DNA of 64,000 nt from Octopus bimaculoides (GCF_001194135.2 NC_068983.1:30669253-30733252); one strand, 5' to 3'; shown: positions 1-12,432, counted from the stretch's first letter. The notes: a model not told the origin generated them from the sequence alone. Translations and numbers: made by a program.

Positions 1-552
1 AGACAATATAATGTATGGGTATATTTATTTTTTTATATATTATTGTTTTATATATTATTTTCTTCATTTTGTACTTCTTTGTAAAAAAAACATTTTCATT
101 CTCCTTCTTCTTGATAATTTGCTTTTTTGCAATGAAAACCGGTTAGAAAAAATCTTTATTAAAATATGCTTCCAGTTCAGAATTCTGGCTTTTTTTCATT
201 TTCCTATATACATATATATAGATATATATATATATACACACACACATTGCTTAATGTTGAACAAATGAGAAAGGAGTGCTCCATATATGTTTCAGAGGAT
301 ATGTTTTTTTTCTTTTTTTTTTTGTTAAAACTGAATCTGCAAGTTAGTTTTGTGACTCAAATTTCATACGAGTGTGACCTTCAAGTGAAACTCTGAAATG
401 CTTGAAGATTGCAGAGAAACTCAAGCCATGAAATAAACTCTCAGCTTTAGTTTTAATAAGAAATCACATATATACACATTCTACAGAGCTTGTAACCTCC
501 TTTGTACAATATGTTTTGTATTATCCATATTGGCCTCTGTGAACAATAAAAT

Positions 553-1365
553 GGAAGCTAGCAGAATCATTAGCACACTGGACGAAATGCTTAGCTGAAT
601 TTTGCCTGTTGCTCCATTCTGAGTTCAAATTCCACGAAGGTCAACTTTACCTTTTATCTTTTTGGGGTCGATAAAATAAGTACCAATTGAACACAGGGGT
701 CAATGTAAATGACTCGTCCCCTCTTCCAAATTTGCTGCCCCTGAGGCAAAATTTTAAACCACTATTATTATTATTATGGTAGGGGAAGGCAGGGAGCTGG
801 CAGAGTCGTTACAGTGCAGGGCAAAATGCTAACAGTGCTTCATCTGTCTTTATGTTCTAAGTTCAAATTCTGCCAAAGTAAACTTTGCCTTTCATCCTTT
901 CAGGGTCAACAAAATAAGCACTAGTTGAACACTGGGTAACTAGCCTAGCTAGAGTATGTGCCACCCAGGGTGGCCCTTCTGTCTTCCACCCCCAGACCCC
1001 ACTAAAAGCCACCTATTGCCTACAGCCAACCCAAAAGTACCGCCCCTTTAAAAGTACTGCTTGGGGTGGACCACCCTAATCCCCCCCAACCCCCAGCTAC
1101 ACGCGTGACTGGGGTTGATGTAATTGACTTGCATTCTTCCCCAAAGACTGCTGGCCTTGTGCCAAAATTTGAAACCATTAGTTTGGTGGTGGATTTTAGT
1201 GGTATTTAGTTTCAGCTGTTTACATTCTGAGTTCAAATCCCACAAAGGTCAATTTTACTTTTCATCTTTCTGGGGTTGATAAAATAAATTTCCAGTCAAA
1301 CATTGAAATTAATACAATTTACTGCTACCTGAATTTCAAGCCTTGTATCTTTGTTAGAAATTATT
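553..1365 (+). mobile_element. Cluster of three decayed SINE-B copies (tRNA-derived)
   Basis: Repeated head agctggcagaatc(g/a)ttagca, B-box-like gagttcaaattc and body tttgcctttcatcctttcggggtcgataaaataagtaccag, shared with many copies in the window. Confidence 0.75.
939..1107. mobile_element. GC-rich insertion in a SINE-B copy (possible hAT-type MITE)
   Basis: Interrupts the SINE-B motif gaacactggggttgatgtaatt. Flanked by imperfect 8-bp repeats actgggta (931-938) and actggggt (1108-1115). TIRs are weak. Confidence 0.4.
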
Positions 1366-1374
1366 ATTATCAGA

Positions 1375-1761
1375 GTGGAGGTGCAATGGCCCAGTGGTTA
1401 GGGCAGCGGACTTGCGGTCGTAGGATCGCGGTTTCGATTCCCAGACCGGACATTGTGAGCGTTTATTGAGTGAAAACACCTAAAGCTCCACGAGGCTCCG
1501 GCAGGGGATGGTGGTGAACCCTGCTGTACTCTTTCACCACAACTTTCTCTCACTCTTTCTTCCTGTTTCTGTTGTACTTGTATTTCAAAGGGCCAGCCTT
1601 GTCACACTCTGTGTCACGCTGAATCTCCCCAAGAACTACGTTAAGGGTACATGTGTCTGTGGAGTGCTCAGCCACTTGCACGTTAATTTCACGAGCAGGC
1701 TGTTCCGTTGATCGGATCAACTGGAACCCTCGTCGTCGTAACCGACGGAGTGCCAACACAA
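1375..1761 (+). mobile_element. Full-length young SINE-C (tRNA-derived)
   Basis: tRNA-like head (tggcccagtggttaggg...ggtttcgattccc), CpGs retained, exact 13-bp TSD tattattatcaga at 1362-1374 and 1762-1774. Confidence 0.85.
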
Positions 1762-1802
1762 TATTATTATCAGAAGCAAAACAATTTATCCAGATTTCTT
1801 AC

Positions 1803-1968
1803 CTTTGCATATAAAACTTGGATCTCCCGCATGAGTTTCTTTTAGAGCCGGACGAAAAAAGGGACATGTTTCCTCAACTTTGGAACAGAAGGCGTTGCAT
1901 GGCTTCACAGAAACCCCATCAACATAGAAAGGTATAGACACAGCACATAACCATTCTTGGTATGCCTT
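1803..1968 (-). CDS. NALF1: Internal coding exon (166 nt, phase 0 in, phase 1 out) of a NALCN auxiliary factor (NALF/FAM155/NLF-1/Mid1 family), Cys-rich domain
   Basis: Acceptor ttttgtttgtatttcag| and donor AAAG|gtaaga bound an open frame: KAYQEWLCAVSIPFYVDGVSVKPCNAFCSKVEETCPFFRPALKETHAGDPSFICK+G. It fits the family pattern Y-x2-WLC...PC-x3-C-x2-V-x3-CPF-x2-P...G-x2-SFIC (human NALF1 recalled as YKAWLC...PCKQYCLEVQTRCPFILP...GGLSSFICTG). The symbol denotes the family; an invertebrate gene is probably co-orthologous to NALF1/NALF2. Confidence 0.87.
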
Positions 1969-3171
1969 CTGAAATACAAACAAAACAGAATTTTCTTAAT
2001 AAACTTAGCAATTAATGAAAGGCATAACGAACATGAAGAAGAAACTTTAATGAAGTGCTTTAATATTTGTCCTATATTAGGCACTATAAATATATACAAC
2101 AGATTCACATTTTTATAGATAGATTAATTATTGAGGGAGATTTGGCTGCTGTTTCTAGAAGGTTGAATGACCACATAAAGGTCACATAGGAAGAGAACTG
2201 GAGCAGTGTATGTATGTGTGGGCTTGATCAAGGGTTTTCTACAACAACAATAGCAACAATGGAAGAGCTTGAGCCAATGATGGAAGCTTCAATGTGGTCA
2301 CATGAAATGCTAGAAATAGCAGTAAGACTCCTATTAAATCATTCTTTAGTGTCTTGAAAAAATAAATAGACCTATAAAATCATGCAGTTGTAGATAATAC
2401 TGTGCCTGAAAAGATGAGAGGGTCATGGATGGGACTTTATTGGTTATAATTAGGTTCATTCAATCAGGGCTGGCCTTGGCTACACAACAATACTACCAAA
2501 CAAATAAGCTAGTGCAGAGACTGTCTGTGGTTGCTCGGCCTGCCTGAAATTGCAGCAAAGTCTTTAACTCATATCATACCATATTATGGAAGGAGGGGGG
2601 AGTTATTGGATGACGTTGCCTTAGATAAGCTATACTCAGAAGTGAAACAGTATGGTTGTGGCTGAAATACATTTGATTATAGCTCTGTTGGGTCAGGGCT
2701 GTACAAGGGCTAAATTGCAAGTAAGTCGCCAGGAGTTTCAAACAATGATCTCTTTCTGCTTGGTATGAGAGACACTGCTGTTTTGGTGAGAGAATATTAA
2801 TGAATATGAACCATGAGAACCAACGAACATATTTCTTTGATTTGCTGTCATAAATGTATGTTTGTGTATGCATGCATGTGTGTATGTGTGTGAGTATAGT
2901 GCATGTATATAGTATGTATGTAGCGTGTGTGTGTTTGTGTATTTTAAATGTATATCACGTCTTTCTAGCGCGCACACACACAAATACTGGCAGACATACA
3001 TAGACCACACACTGTTCAGTTTATAAGAAAAATGGGATATAAAAGCTTTATATATTTTTCTCTTTTATTATTTTACTGGTTTCAGTCATTGAACAGCAGC
3101 CATGCTGTAGCAACACCTTCAAGGATTTTAACCATTTCTGTCATCCCAGTACTTATTCCTGATGCATACTT

Positions 3172-3706
3172 ATGCGTACCTTTCCTTCATTGGACACTAA
3201 ACTCCGCTTGCGAAGACTTTTTGAGGCAAGTGAAATTGAAATCGAACTAAATTCGACGACTGGCACCCATGCCAACGTCGTCTCCTTCACTGGACACGAG
3301 ACTCAGCTTGCGAAGACTTATTGGGGCAAGCGAAAGCGAAATTGGGATGGCACCTGTGCCCAGCGCCGCCTTCTTGGCACTTGTGCCCGTGGCATGTGTA
3401 ATGGACTTTCGAGCGAGATCATTGCCAGTGCCCCTGGACTGGCTCTTGTGCGGGTGGCACATGAAATACACCATTTTTAGCGTGGCCGTTGCCAGTACTG
3501 CCTGACTGGCCTTCGTGCGGGTGACACATAAAAGCACCCACTACACTCTCTGAGTGGTTGGTGTTAGGAAGGGCATCCAGCTGTAGAAACTCTGCCAAAT
3601 CGGATTGGAGCCTGGTGTAGCCAACTGGTTTCACCAGTCCTCAGTCAAATCGTCCAACCCATGCTAGCATGGAAAGCGGACGTTAAACGATGATGATGAT
3701 GATGAT
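3172..3706 (+). mobile_element. RTE LINE 3' UTR/tail, 5'-truncated, young
   Basis: Ends ...catggaaagcggacgttaaac(gat)n, like the tail at 54138. Contains an internal ~95-bp duplication (ccttca(t/c)tggacac...gcttgcgaagact). CpG-rich. Confidence 0.8.
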
Positions 3707-4162
3707 TCTATTGAATGGTTATCATTTTGTCATAACCTCACAATGTTTTATTGACCAATGCCATGTCAAATGCATAAACACACACAAAATCACACACATA
3801 AACACACATAATCAAAAACTAAATTGTACATTTACTAAAAACATCTTACATTAAATCATGTAGTCATAGGTAATGCTATACCTGAAAAGATGACAGGGTC
3901 CTGAGACCAGTCACAGATGACCTAGGGCTAAACAACCACCAGACAAAGAAGCTGATAGAGAGATTATATGGTTGTAAACAAATCTTCCTCAAATTATACT
4001 TTATTATCTTAAAGAAGGAGAGGTACATTGGACGATGTCACCCTAGATACAAACTATGCCTGAGCAAAAGATGAGGTGGTCATTAATGGAAAACATTTGG
4101 TGGTATTTCGTTTTTGAACTTGGTTTGCAAGATTCTTTATGTGAGTTCGTATGTTGAAGCAT

Positions 4163-4429
4163 ATTCTGTTGTGTCTGGGAAGAGTCATTCTCTTTTGGTG
4201 CCCTATAATTTAATATACTCACTGGTAAAATTTCCACTTATTTCTTTTCTATTTTTCTAAACTTTTCGTTGCGTCTTGCAACCTTTTCAATAGTCGTTTT
4301 GAAAAGTTTGCAAGACGCAACGAAAATTTAAGAAAAATAAAAAAAAAGAACTAAGTGGAAATTTTACTGGTGAGTGTGTTAAATTATAAGGCACCAAAAC
4401 AGAATGACTCTCCCCAGACACAACAGAAT
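4163..4429. repeat. Foldback element: ~128-bp inverted arms, 8-nt loop
   Basis: 4163-4290 (attctgttgtgtctggg...caaccttttcaa) is the reverse complement, with scattered mismatches, of 4299-4429 (ttgaaaagtttgcaag...ccagacacaacagaat). Loop tagtcgtt. Confidence 0.9.
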
Positions 4430-4553
4430 TTGGTGGTATCTTATTTTTATTAAACATACAGGTGGAAGTTACTGTCAACCACTTCCTTATAAGACAATAA
4501 GCATTGGATGATCCTTCAATTTACTGTTTTAAATTGTTTTTATATATAACTAT

Positions 4554-4604
<51 letters not shown>

Positions 4605-4824
4605 NNNNNNNNNNNNNNNNNNNNNNNNNNNNNNNNNNNNNNNNNNNNNNNNNNNNNNNNNNNNNNNNNNNNNNNNNNNNNNNNNNNNNNNNNNNNNNNN
4701 NNNNNNNNNNNNNNNNNNNNNNNNNNNNNNNNNNNNNNNNNNNNNNNNNNNNNNNNNNNNNNNNNNNNNNNNNNNNNNNNNNNNNNNNNNNNNNNNATAT
4801 ATATATATATATATATAATAAATA

Positions 4825-4873
<49 letters not shown>

Positions 4874-5162
4874 GCATGTATGGGTACAGGGTGTCACCAA
4901 CTGTGCAAATAGCATGAAATACATAAATAACGAGAAAAAATGGAAAACAGGACAATTAGACATAGAGAGAGGACCCTTCATCAGTTGTCAGCTATCTATC
5001 TACTCCTCATTTCATATATATATATTATATAAATTCGTGAGCAATCACAATTCAATGCATTTCTACATGGTTATGCTTCAAACTAGTTTGGGATGATATT
5101 TTCATATTCCTTCTTTTTATGATGAAGCTTGTAGATAATAACTCAAGCTGCACATGTTTATA

Positions 5163-5209
<47 letters not shown>

Positions 5210-5749
5210 GAAATGCACATACGTTTTTACATGATTTTTCACTTTAAATAAATCATCTTTAGAGATGTAATATGGTGTAATATTTATATGTTTATCATCA
5301 TACTTGTACTCACTCTTCTTTCAGTCTCTCTCTCACTCTCTCTCTCTCTCTCTTTCTCTATCATTTTGGTTTTCACTTTCTCTCTTCTATTTAGCCTCTC
5401 AGTCATGCCTTCAATGTATAAAGACAACGTAGAAATAGGCAAGACACTTCACTCAGTCTTACACAAGGCAAGGTAACTTCTTTTGCGTCAGTATTAATGA
5501 GAAATGTATCTGATACACTCTATGAAATATATAATAAATGAATGAGACAACATAAGGTAAACAAACTCAAGTCTTGTTGATGATATGTCAACCTCTGTAG
5601 TGCTGGTAGCATATTAAAATACACTCAGTGTCCCATGTAAACTGGTTGGATTTATAGATGGTATCCTACCACAGAAACCATGTAAAAAATGAATGTATAT
5701 GTGAGATGTTGTTCTCTTACCTGTCCAACCCTTGACCTCATCATGGTGA

Positions 5750-6200
5750 GAAGGTTAAACAAATGTTAGAGCTATGCCATCAAGGATTTCAAGTTCCTGG
5801 TAGAGCCACCCAAGGTGGACAGATCTGACACTGGCATTGCTAGGGCTGCAACCTGGCTAACTGGAGGACAATGGGGAATTCAAGGCAGCATCTGTTCCAG
5901 AATCCAGCGGCTTCCTGGTGGTACTGAATCGCATCTACAGGCATCCTGCAGCAAGAAGGCATAACACAAGGACAACCTGCCATTGGTCATTTGTGGTGGT
6001 TTATGAATACAGACAGGAACTGTTTCCATGGATGCTGATCAAGCCTTGAAACACCCATGAACTCATAATAGGAGTCGGCGTAACCCATTCTGGGTGAATG
6101 CCGTTACAAGACAAGAATAAGACTAGGGTGGTAATTAACTCTAAGTATGAACTGACTGAGATTGTGAAGACCTGTTCAACTTAAGCTTGCATGGGAAGGA
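5750..6200 (-). mobile_element. Possible decayed 5' region of an RTE-type LINE
   Basis: GC-richer block. The minus strand has gggtggctctaccagg...ggcatagctc...ctcaccatgatgagg, resembling RTE/Expander 5' sequence as I recall it. No ORF. Confidence 0.3.
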
Positions 6201-6774
6201 GATGATGACATTGCAGATTTGAAACTGATTCACCAAATTACCGAGTTAAAGTCATGGCTTAGTCATAACTAGTTCATGTGATTGGTTGATTAACTGACCA
6301 ATCAGTATCAAGCCATCATGTGATGCTACCTTCTACAATCTTTTAGAATGTCTCCTAATGAGGCTTATAAATAGATGAGGTTTTGTTCTAAATTTCAGAA
6401 TATTGGAAATCACAGCCATGGAAACCTTATTCTCATTTTTGAACACTCAGCAGTTGTTTTAACAACTTATTTTTCAACCAAGCTGACAGCAGTTACAGCT
6501 TTGCAGTCATGAATTTAGCATATTTATCCAGCTGTGACAGCATATTCACAGAGCCTTACTAACCAACAATTTTGTCATAACTACAGAATTGTCTTTTCCA
6601 ATTATTAATTGAAGACCAGCATGGAAACTTTTTTTTGTGCAGTGAATAAAGATTCTGTTTATTGTTCACAAGAATTGTGCATCACTTATAAGCAACCAGA
6701 GAACACCTCAACCACCAGAAACTCCATATATCATCCTTTGTGACTATGGTATGGATTTCATAATTTTATGCATG

Positions 6775-6813
<39 letters not shown>

Positions 6814-7083
6814 AAATTTAGGGCAAATACTTGTATGCTGAGGTTGCAGCTGTACTCCATTTCCTCAGCAAACAGTGAACCCAACTTTTCAGGTATTTTA
6901 GCTCTTTCCTTCATGACACCAGAGCTGCCTGGACCCACTCACCAATGTAGGATACAAAACTCCCACACAACCAGCATGAACTTTGTTGAGTCAGATTTTG
7001 TGACTCTGGGCCAGATGTTTCTATCATCCTCATGGTTCATTCTTGCATCACACATCCTCTCTCAAGCATATATGTCTATATGC

Positions 7084-7303
7084 GGCGAGCTGGCAGAATC
7101 GTTAGCATGCCAGGCGAAATGCTTAGTGGTATTTCGTCTGCTGCTATGTTCAAATTCTGCCGAGGCCGACTTTGCTTTCATCCTTTCAGGGTCGATTAAA
7201 TAAGTACCAGTTACACACTGAGGTCGATGTAATTGACTTAATCCCTTTGTCTGTCCTTGTTTGTCCCTTCTATGTTTACCCCCTTGTGGGCAATAAAGAA
7301 TTG
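7084..7303 (+). mobile_element. Full-length SINE-B with TSD
   Basis: Complete head-to-tail copy. 15-bp TSD tatatgtctatatgc at 7069-7083 and 7304-7318. Confidence 0.85.
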
Positions 7304-7864
7304 TATATGTCTATATGCACGCAGATACACTCACACAGGCATATAAAGAAAGATATTAATCAAGCATATTCATATAACTATGAGTATGTATATGTATATA
7401 TTTCTATGGTGTTTTTTTAGAAACCTGTAACCTTATCATATCTGACACAAAATACCCGAACTTTATTTATTTCCAAATGTTTTGAAATTATCCAGAAACA
7501 AAACATAGAAACAATGTTGACCAAAGTGAAAGGTCATGAGTTGAAGCTTTCTTAATTTGCACAGCATAACTAAGAAACCAGTTAAAAACAAAACATATAT
7601 CCATATAAGCCAATGAAAATGCTCCTAGTGGTCACTCATTCTGCTAGAAATAATAATAAAATTTTTCTCAAATTGGCTTTTACTGTCTTTGCAAATGAAT
7701 AAATGAATAAATAAGCAAATGAATAAATAAATGAATACAAAGAAGAATGCTGGATAATATAGTTCAAGTTGCTCAAGATATACAATAATAATTTTTGGAA
7801 TGTCTTTGGTTATAGGTTTTCTTCAAATAATACTGACATGGGATTAAATATCACCAACCATAAT

Positions 7865-8040
7865 ATCATTGGACCATTGGATGTGATATGATTGGATGGT
7901 GTGAATTCAGGGGAAAAAGTATTGCAACTTGATAACTAAGATTGCTCCTGGTAGATTTAACCTAAGGAAGACATGGAAAGGGCAGGGCGGAGTTAGATAT
8001 GAAAATATAGGACCTCACAGAAAGGAAGATATATACAGAA
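7865..8040 (+). mobile_element. Decayed RTE ORF C-terminal fragment
   Basis: Frameshifted GR..LRKTWK...LDMKI*DLTE resembles the RTE C-terminal GRGRPRKTW...D...LGLT motif. Confidence 0.4.
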
Positions 8041-8041
8041 A

Positions 8042-8409
8042 GGCGCAGGAGTGGCTGTGTGGTAAGTAGCTTGCTTACCAACCACATGGTTCTGGGTTCA
8101 GTCCCACTGCGTGGCACCTTGGGCAAGTGTCTTCTACTATAGCCTCAGGCCGACCAAAGCCTTGTGAGTGGATTTGGTAGACGGAAACTGAAAGAAGCCC
8201 GTCGTATATATGTATATATAATGTATGTGTGTGTATATGTTTGTGTGTTTACGTCCCTTCCCTGTAACTTAGTGGTTCGGCAAAAAGAGACCGATAGAAT
8301 AAGTACTAGGCTTCCAAAGAATAAGTCCTGGGGTCGATTTGCTCGACTAAAGTCGGTGCCCCAGCATGGCCGCAGTCAAATGACTGAAACAAGTAAAAGA
8401 GTAAAAGAG
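8042..8409 (+). mobile_element. Full-length SINE-A (tRNA head, internal TA/TG microsatellite, agtaaaag tail)
   Basis: ggcgcaggagtggctgtgtggtaag...gggttcagtccc head and gaaacaagtaaaagagtaaaagag tail. More than 15 related copies occur in the window. Confidence 0.9.
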
Positions 8410-8735
8410 TACATGATTGAGACAGATGAAAAGTTACTGATTTCCTCAACGCATGAATGTTTGGAAAAATAGTTGCTAAAAAGAAAAGGATGAAAAAGAT
8501 GGAAAGAGATCAAGCAGAATCTTCAGTATGGAGTCTGTCTAGGATACAGAAACACTGAAGATGAAATAGGAATGGAGACAGGTGTATTAAGTGGGTTTAG
8601 TTGGGAGAGGAGCCAACTCCCCTGGTGTTTTTGTAAACATTGCTTGTTTTTGTAGCTAGAAGTTTTGGTCTGGAGATGGAAATCCATCTCCATTAACTAA
8701 AATATAAATAGAATGGTTATGTGTGTGTGTGTGTG

Positions 8736-9216
8736 TCACTAAAGTGAACAAGGGCACTAATCAGCACCAATATTGCTAGAAATAAGAGTCAAAACGACTC
8801 AATAGCAAACAAAAGCACTATTTTAATGAGCTGACTAGGGAGACAAGCTTCCTATGGTTGCAGATACAGCTAGATCAACAATGATTTTGTGTTCTGAGGC
8901 TTAATGCATCTTAACACTCATCAATGGCTCGCACTGTGCCTAGGGTTAAACTCATCTTACCTTGGCAGCTTTCCGTTGAGATCATACACTGATTTCAAAA
9001 ATGGCAAAAGTGAAAATTATAAATGATTTGGGTGGCTAATTTGCAATTTTACAACCGAAAAGCAAAAATATATGCGTCACTTAAGATAGAGCTTTTGTTG
9101 GCTATTGAGTTGTTTTGACTCTTATTTCTAGCAATACTGGTGCTGATTAGTGCCCTTGTTCACTTTAGTGATGTATATATTTTTGCCTATAAGTTGTAAA
9201 ATTGTGAATTAGCCAC

Positions 9217-9219
<3 letters not shown>
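8736..9219. repeat. Interleaved inverted repeats A...B A' B' (MITE-derived)
   Basis: 8736-8816 pairs with 9092-9171; 9029-9074 pairs with 9175-9219. Confidence 0.85.
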
Positions 9220-9262
<43 letters not shown>

Positions 9263-10270
9263 CTGTCTGTCTGTCTGTCTGTCTATCTATGTATGTATCT
9301 ATCTATATATGTATATAGATGCAAGAGTGGTAAGAGCTTGCTTCTAAACTGCATGGTTCCAGATTCAGTCCCACTGCATAGCACCTTCGGCAAGTGTCTT
9401 CTATTATAGCTTTGGGCTGACCAAAGCTTTGTGAGTGGATTTGGTAGATGGAAACTGAAAGAGGCCCATCATGTGTGTGTGTGTGGGTTTGTGTATGTGT
9501 GTGCGTGTATGTTTTTGCATCTGTGTTTATCCCCCCACCATTGCTTGACAATCGCTGTTGGTGTGTTTATGTCCCCGTGACTTAGAGGTTCGGCAAATAA
9601 TAATGATGATGATGATGATGACACTGATGATAATGATGATGATGATGATGGATGATGCTGACACTGATGATAGATGATAGGGATGATGAGGATCTTAATG
9701 ATGTCTAATGTAAGGCTATAATTTTTAACTGTAGCTTATCAGATTGATTTTATCTTGGTATTTGATTGCTACATATTTCATTGCACCCTCTCCCTCTTCC
9801 ATCCTAATGGATGAAAGATAAAGATGACCCAGGTAAAATTTGAATTCTGAATATAAAAGGCTGTAATTAAATATAAGGTATTTATAGCCTGGCACTCTAC
9901 CATTTCTGTCACCTATTATTCTGTTTAATTGCTGAAATTTTTATCAGTTTACAGTTATTAAACTGACGTCTCCCCATGGGATCTGCTAAAGTGGAGATAA
10001 CTACCCCTTCTCCTCTCCTTGACATCACTACAGCTAATCACTCACTGATTGATGATGTTTCTGATGAAGAAACTGCTGTGCTACTTGTCTCTGTTTAGCA
10101 CACTTGTGTGAGATAAATAATTTATCAAATATAACAACATGCTTTGCCAAGAGGTTCAAGGAAGATAACATATTTAGTATAGTGTGGATGTGTGGAATGC
10201 ATAAAGATGAGAGAGCAATTGCCACACAATACTGAACTGAGGCTGCAATTATACGACTTCAATTTTTTTT

Positions 10271-10426
10271 CTGGCTGTGTGGTAAGTAGCTTGGTTACCA
10301 GCCACATGGTTCTGGGTTCAGTCCCACTGCGTGGCACCTTGGGCAAGTGTCTTCTACTATAGACTCGGGCCGATCAAAGCCTTCTGAGTGGATTTGGTAG
10401 ACAGAAACTGAAAGAAGCCCGTCATA

Positions 10427-10459
<33 letters not shown>

Positions 10460-10683
10460 GATATATATATGTGTGTGTGTGTTTGTGTGTCTGTGTTTGT
10501 CCCCCCAACATCGCTTGACAACCGATGCTGGTGTGTTTACGTCCCCGTAACTTAGCGGTTTGGCAAAAAGAGACCACTAGAATAAGTACTAGGTTTACAA
10601 AGAATAAGACCTGGGGTCGATTTTCTCGACTAAAGGCGGTGCTCCAGCATGGCCGCAGTCAAATGAATGAAACAAGTAAAGAG
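10271..10683 (+). mobile_element. SINE-A
   Basis: Same head, body and tail as 8042-8409. A second partial head follows at ~10710-10800. Confidence 0.85.
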
Positions 10684-12139
10684 TGTAGGCGCCACACAGC
10701 CACGCCTGTGTAGGCACAGGCATGGCTGTGCGGTAAGAAGCTTGCTTTCCAACCACATGGTTCTGGGTTCAGTCTCGCAGCATGTCACCTTGTGAGTGGA
10801 TTTGTTCATATGTGTGTTTGTGTGTGTGTGTGAGTGTGTATTTATGTGAGAGTGTGTGTGTGTGTTTGTATGAGTGTGTGTGTGCATGTGTGTGTGAATG
10901 TGTATCTCCTGTCAAAATTGCTGGCCTTGTACCTGAATAAGAAATAATAATTATTATGGCTGTTTAGGTGCTGATATGGCTGTGAGGTTAAAGAACTTGC
11001 TTTGCAACCTTTTTGTTTTAGGTCCAGTCTCACTGTATTGCATATTGAACAAGTGTCTTCTATAAGAGCTCCAGACCATCCAGTACCTTGTGAGTAAATT
11101 AGATGACGGGATATTGTGTGGAAGCCCACTGTGTGTGTATGTATGTCTGTTTGAGTGTTTGTCTGTATGTATGCATGTGTGTGTATATATATATATATAA
11201 TATAATATAATATAACAGGATTCAGTTGAGTAAGGTACTTAAAAGGTGAGACAGTTAGGTTGAATTCTGTGGTAAAGCACCTGTTATGGAATCAACAAAT
11301 ATGTATGTGCCATGGATTTTGAAATTCTAAAATTCTTGTAGTCATCTGATGAAAATATTTTTTTTTTTGTTTTATAATGATATAATTTACTCATTGATCA
11401 ATTAAAAATTTGTTAGAAACAGCTGAAATGAATTGATACCTATCCATCAATCGTTATCTTGTCCAACCCATGCTAACATGGAAAGCAGACGTTAAACGAT
11501 GATATATATATATATATANNNNNNNNNNNNNNNNNNNNNNNNNNNNNNNNNNNNNNNNNNNNNNNNNNNNNNNNNNNNNNNNNNNNNNNNNNNNNNNNNN
11601 NNNNNNNNNNNNNNNNNNNNNNNNNNNNNNNNNNNNNNNNNNNNNNNNNNNNNNNNNNNNNNNNNNNNNNNNNNNNNNNNNNNNNNNNNNNNNNNNNNNN
11701 NNNNNNNNNNNNNNNNNNNNNNNNNNNNNNNNNNNNNNNNNNNNNNNNNNNNNNNNNNNNNNNNNNNNNNNNNNNNNNNNNNNNNNNNNNNNNNNNNNNN
11801 NNNNNNNNNNNNTATATATATATATATATATATCAGTTGGTAAAGAATAAATGATTACTGATTTTATACTAAGCTGACACTTTTGTATTGTGAAACCATC
11901 CAAACACACACATACACACATACACAGGAACTTGAATGGTACATCAGTGTTCACAAGTGAGCCAACAGACCTGTCACAATATGGACTTTCAGAGTGAATG
12001 ATGAGTCTCAGACTTGTAGGTGTCAATTTCAGTTTGCTAGTCAACCTAACACAAGCTGGAAATAGATGGATACACGGACATAAAGAGCAAGGAATAATAA
12101 TAATAATAATAATAATAATGATAATAATAATAATAATAA

Positions 12140-12360
12140 TAACGGTTTGAAATTTCGGCACAAGGTGAGCAGTTTTTGAGGGAAGGGGTAAGTCAATTAT
12201 ATTGACCCCAGTACTTGACTACTACTTATCTTATTGATCCCAGGAAGATGAAAGGCAACATCAGCCTTAATGGAATTTGAACTCAAGATATAAGAATGGA
12301 TTAAAAAAAAACTGCCAAACATTTTGTCTGGTATGCTAACAGTTCTGCCAGTTCACCACC

Positions 12361-12432
<72 letters not shown>

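Noticed and set aside
482-536. Possible next NALF exon after the acceptor ttttattgttcacag (EANMDNTKHIVQRRLQAL*)
   Set aside because: In frame with the phase-1 donor, but it stops after 18 codons, lacks the further Cys and hydrophobic C-terminus expected in the family, and abuts a SINE. The true exon is probably outside the window.
1377-1445. tRNA-like sequences at SINE heads
   Set aside because: A/B boxes are present, but each continues into a SINE body with a tail (and a TSD here). I could build no complete cloverleaf, so these are not called tRNA genes.
6230-6720. Possible solo LTR (TATA-like cttataaata, aataaa downstream)
   Set aside because: I could not identify TG...CA termini, a TSD or a second copy.
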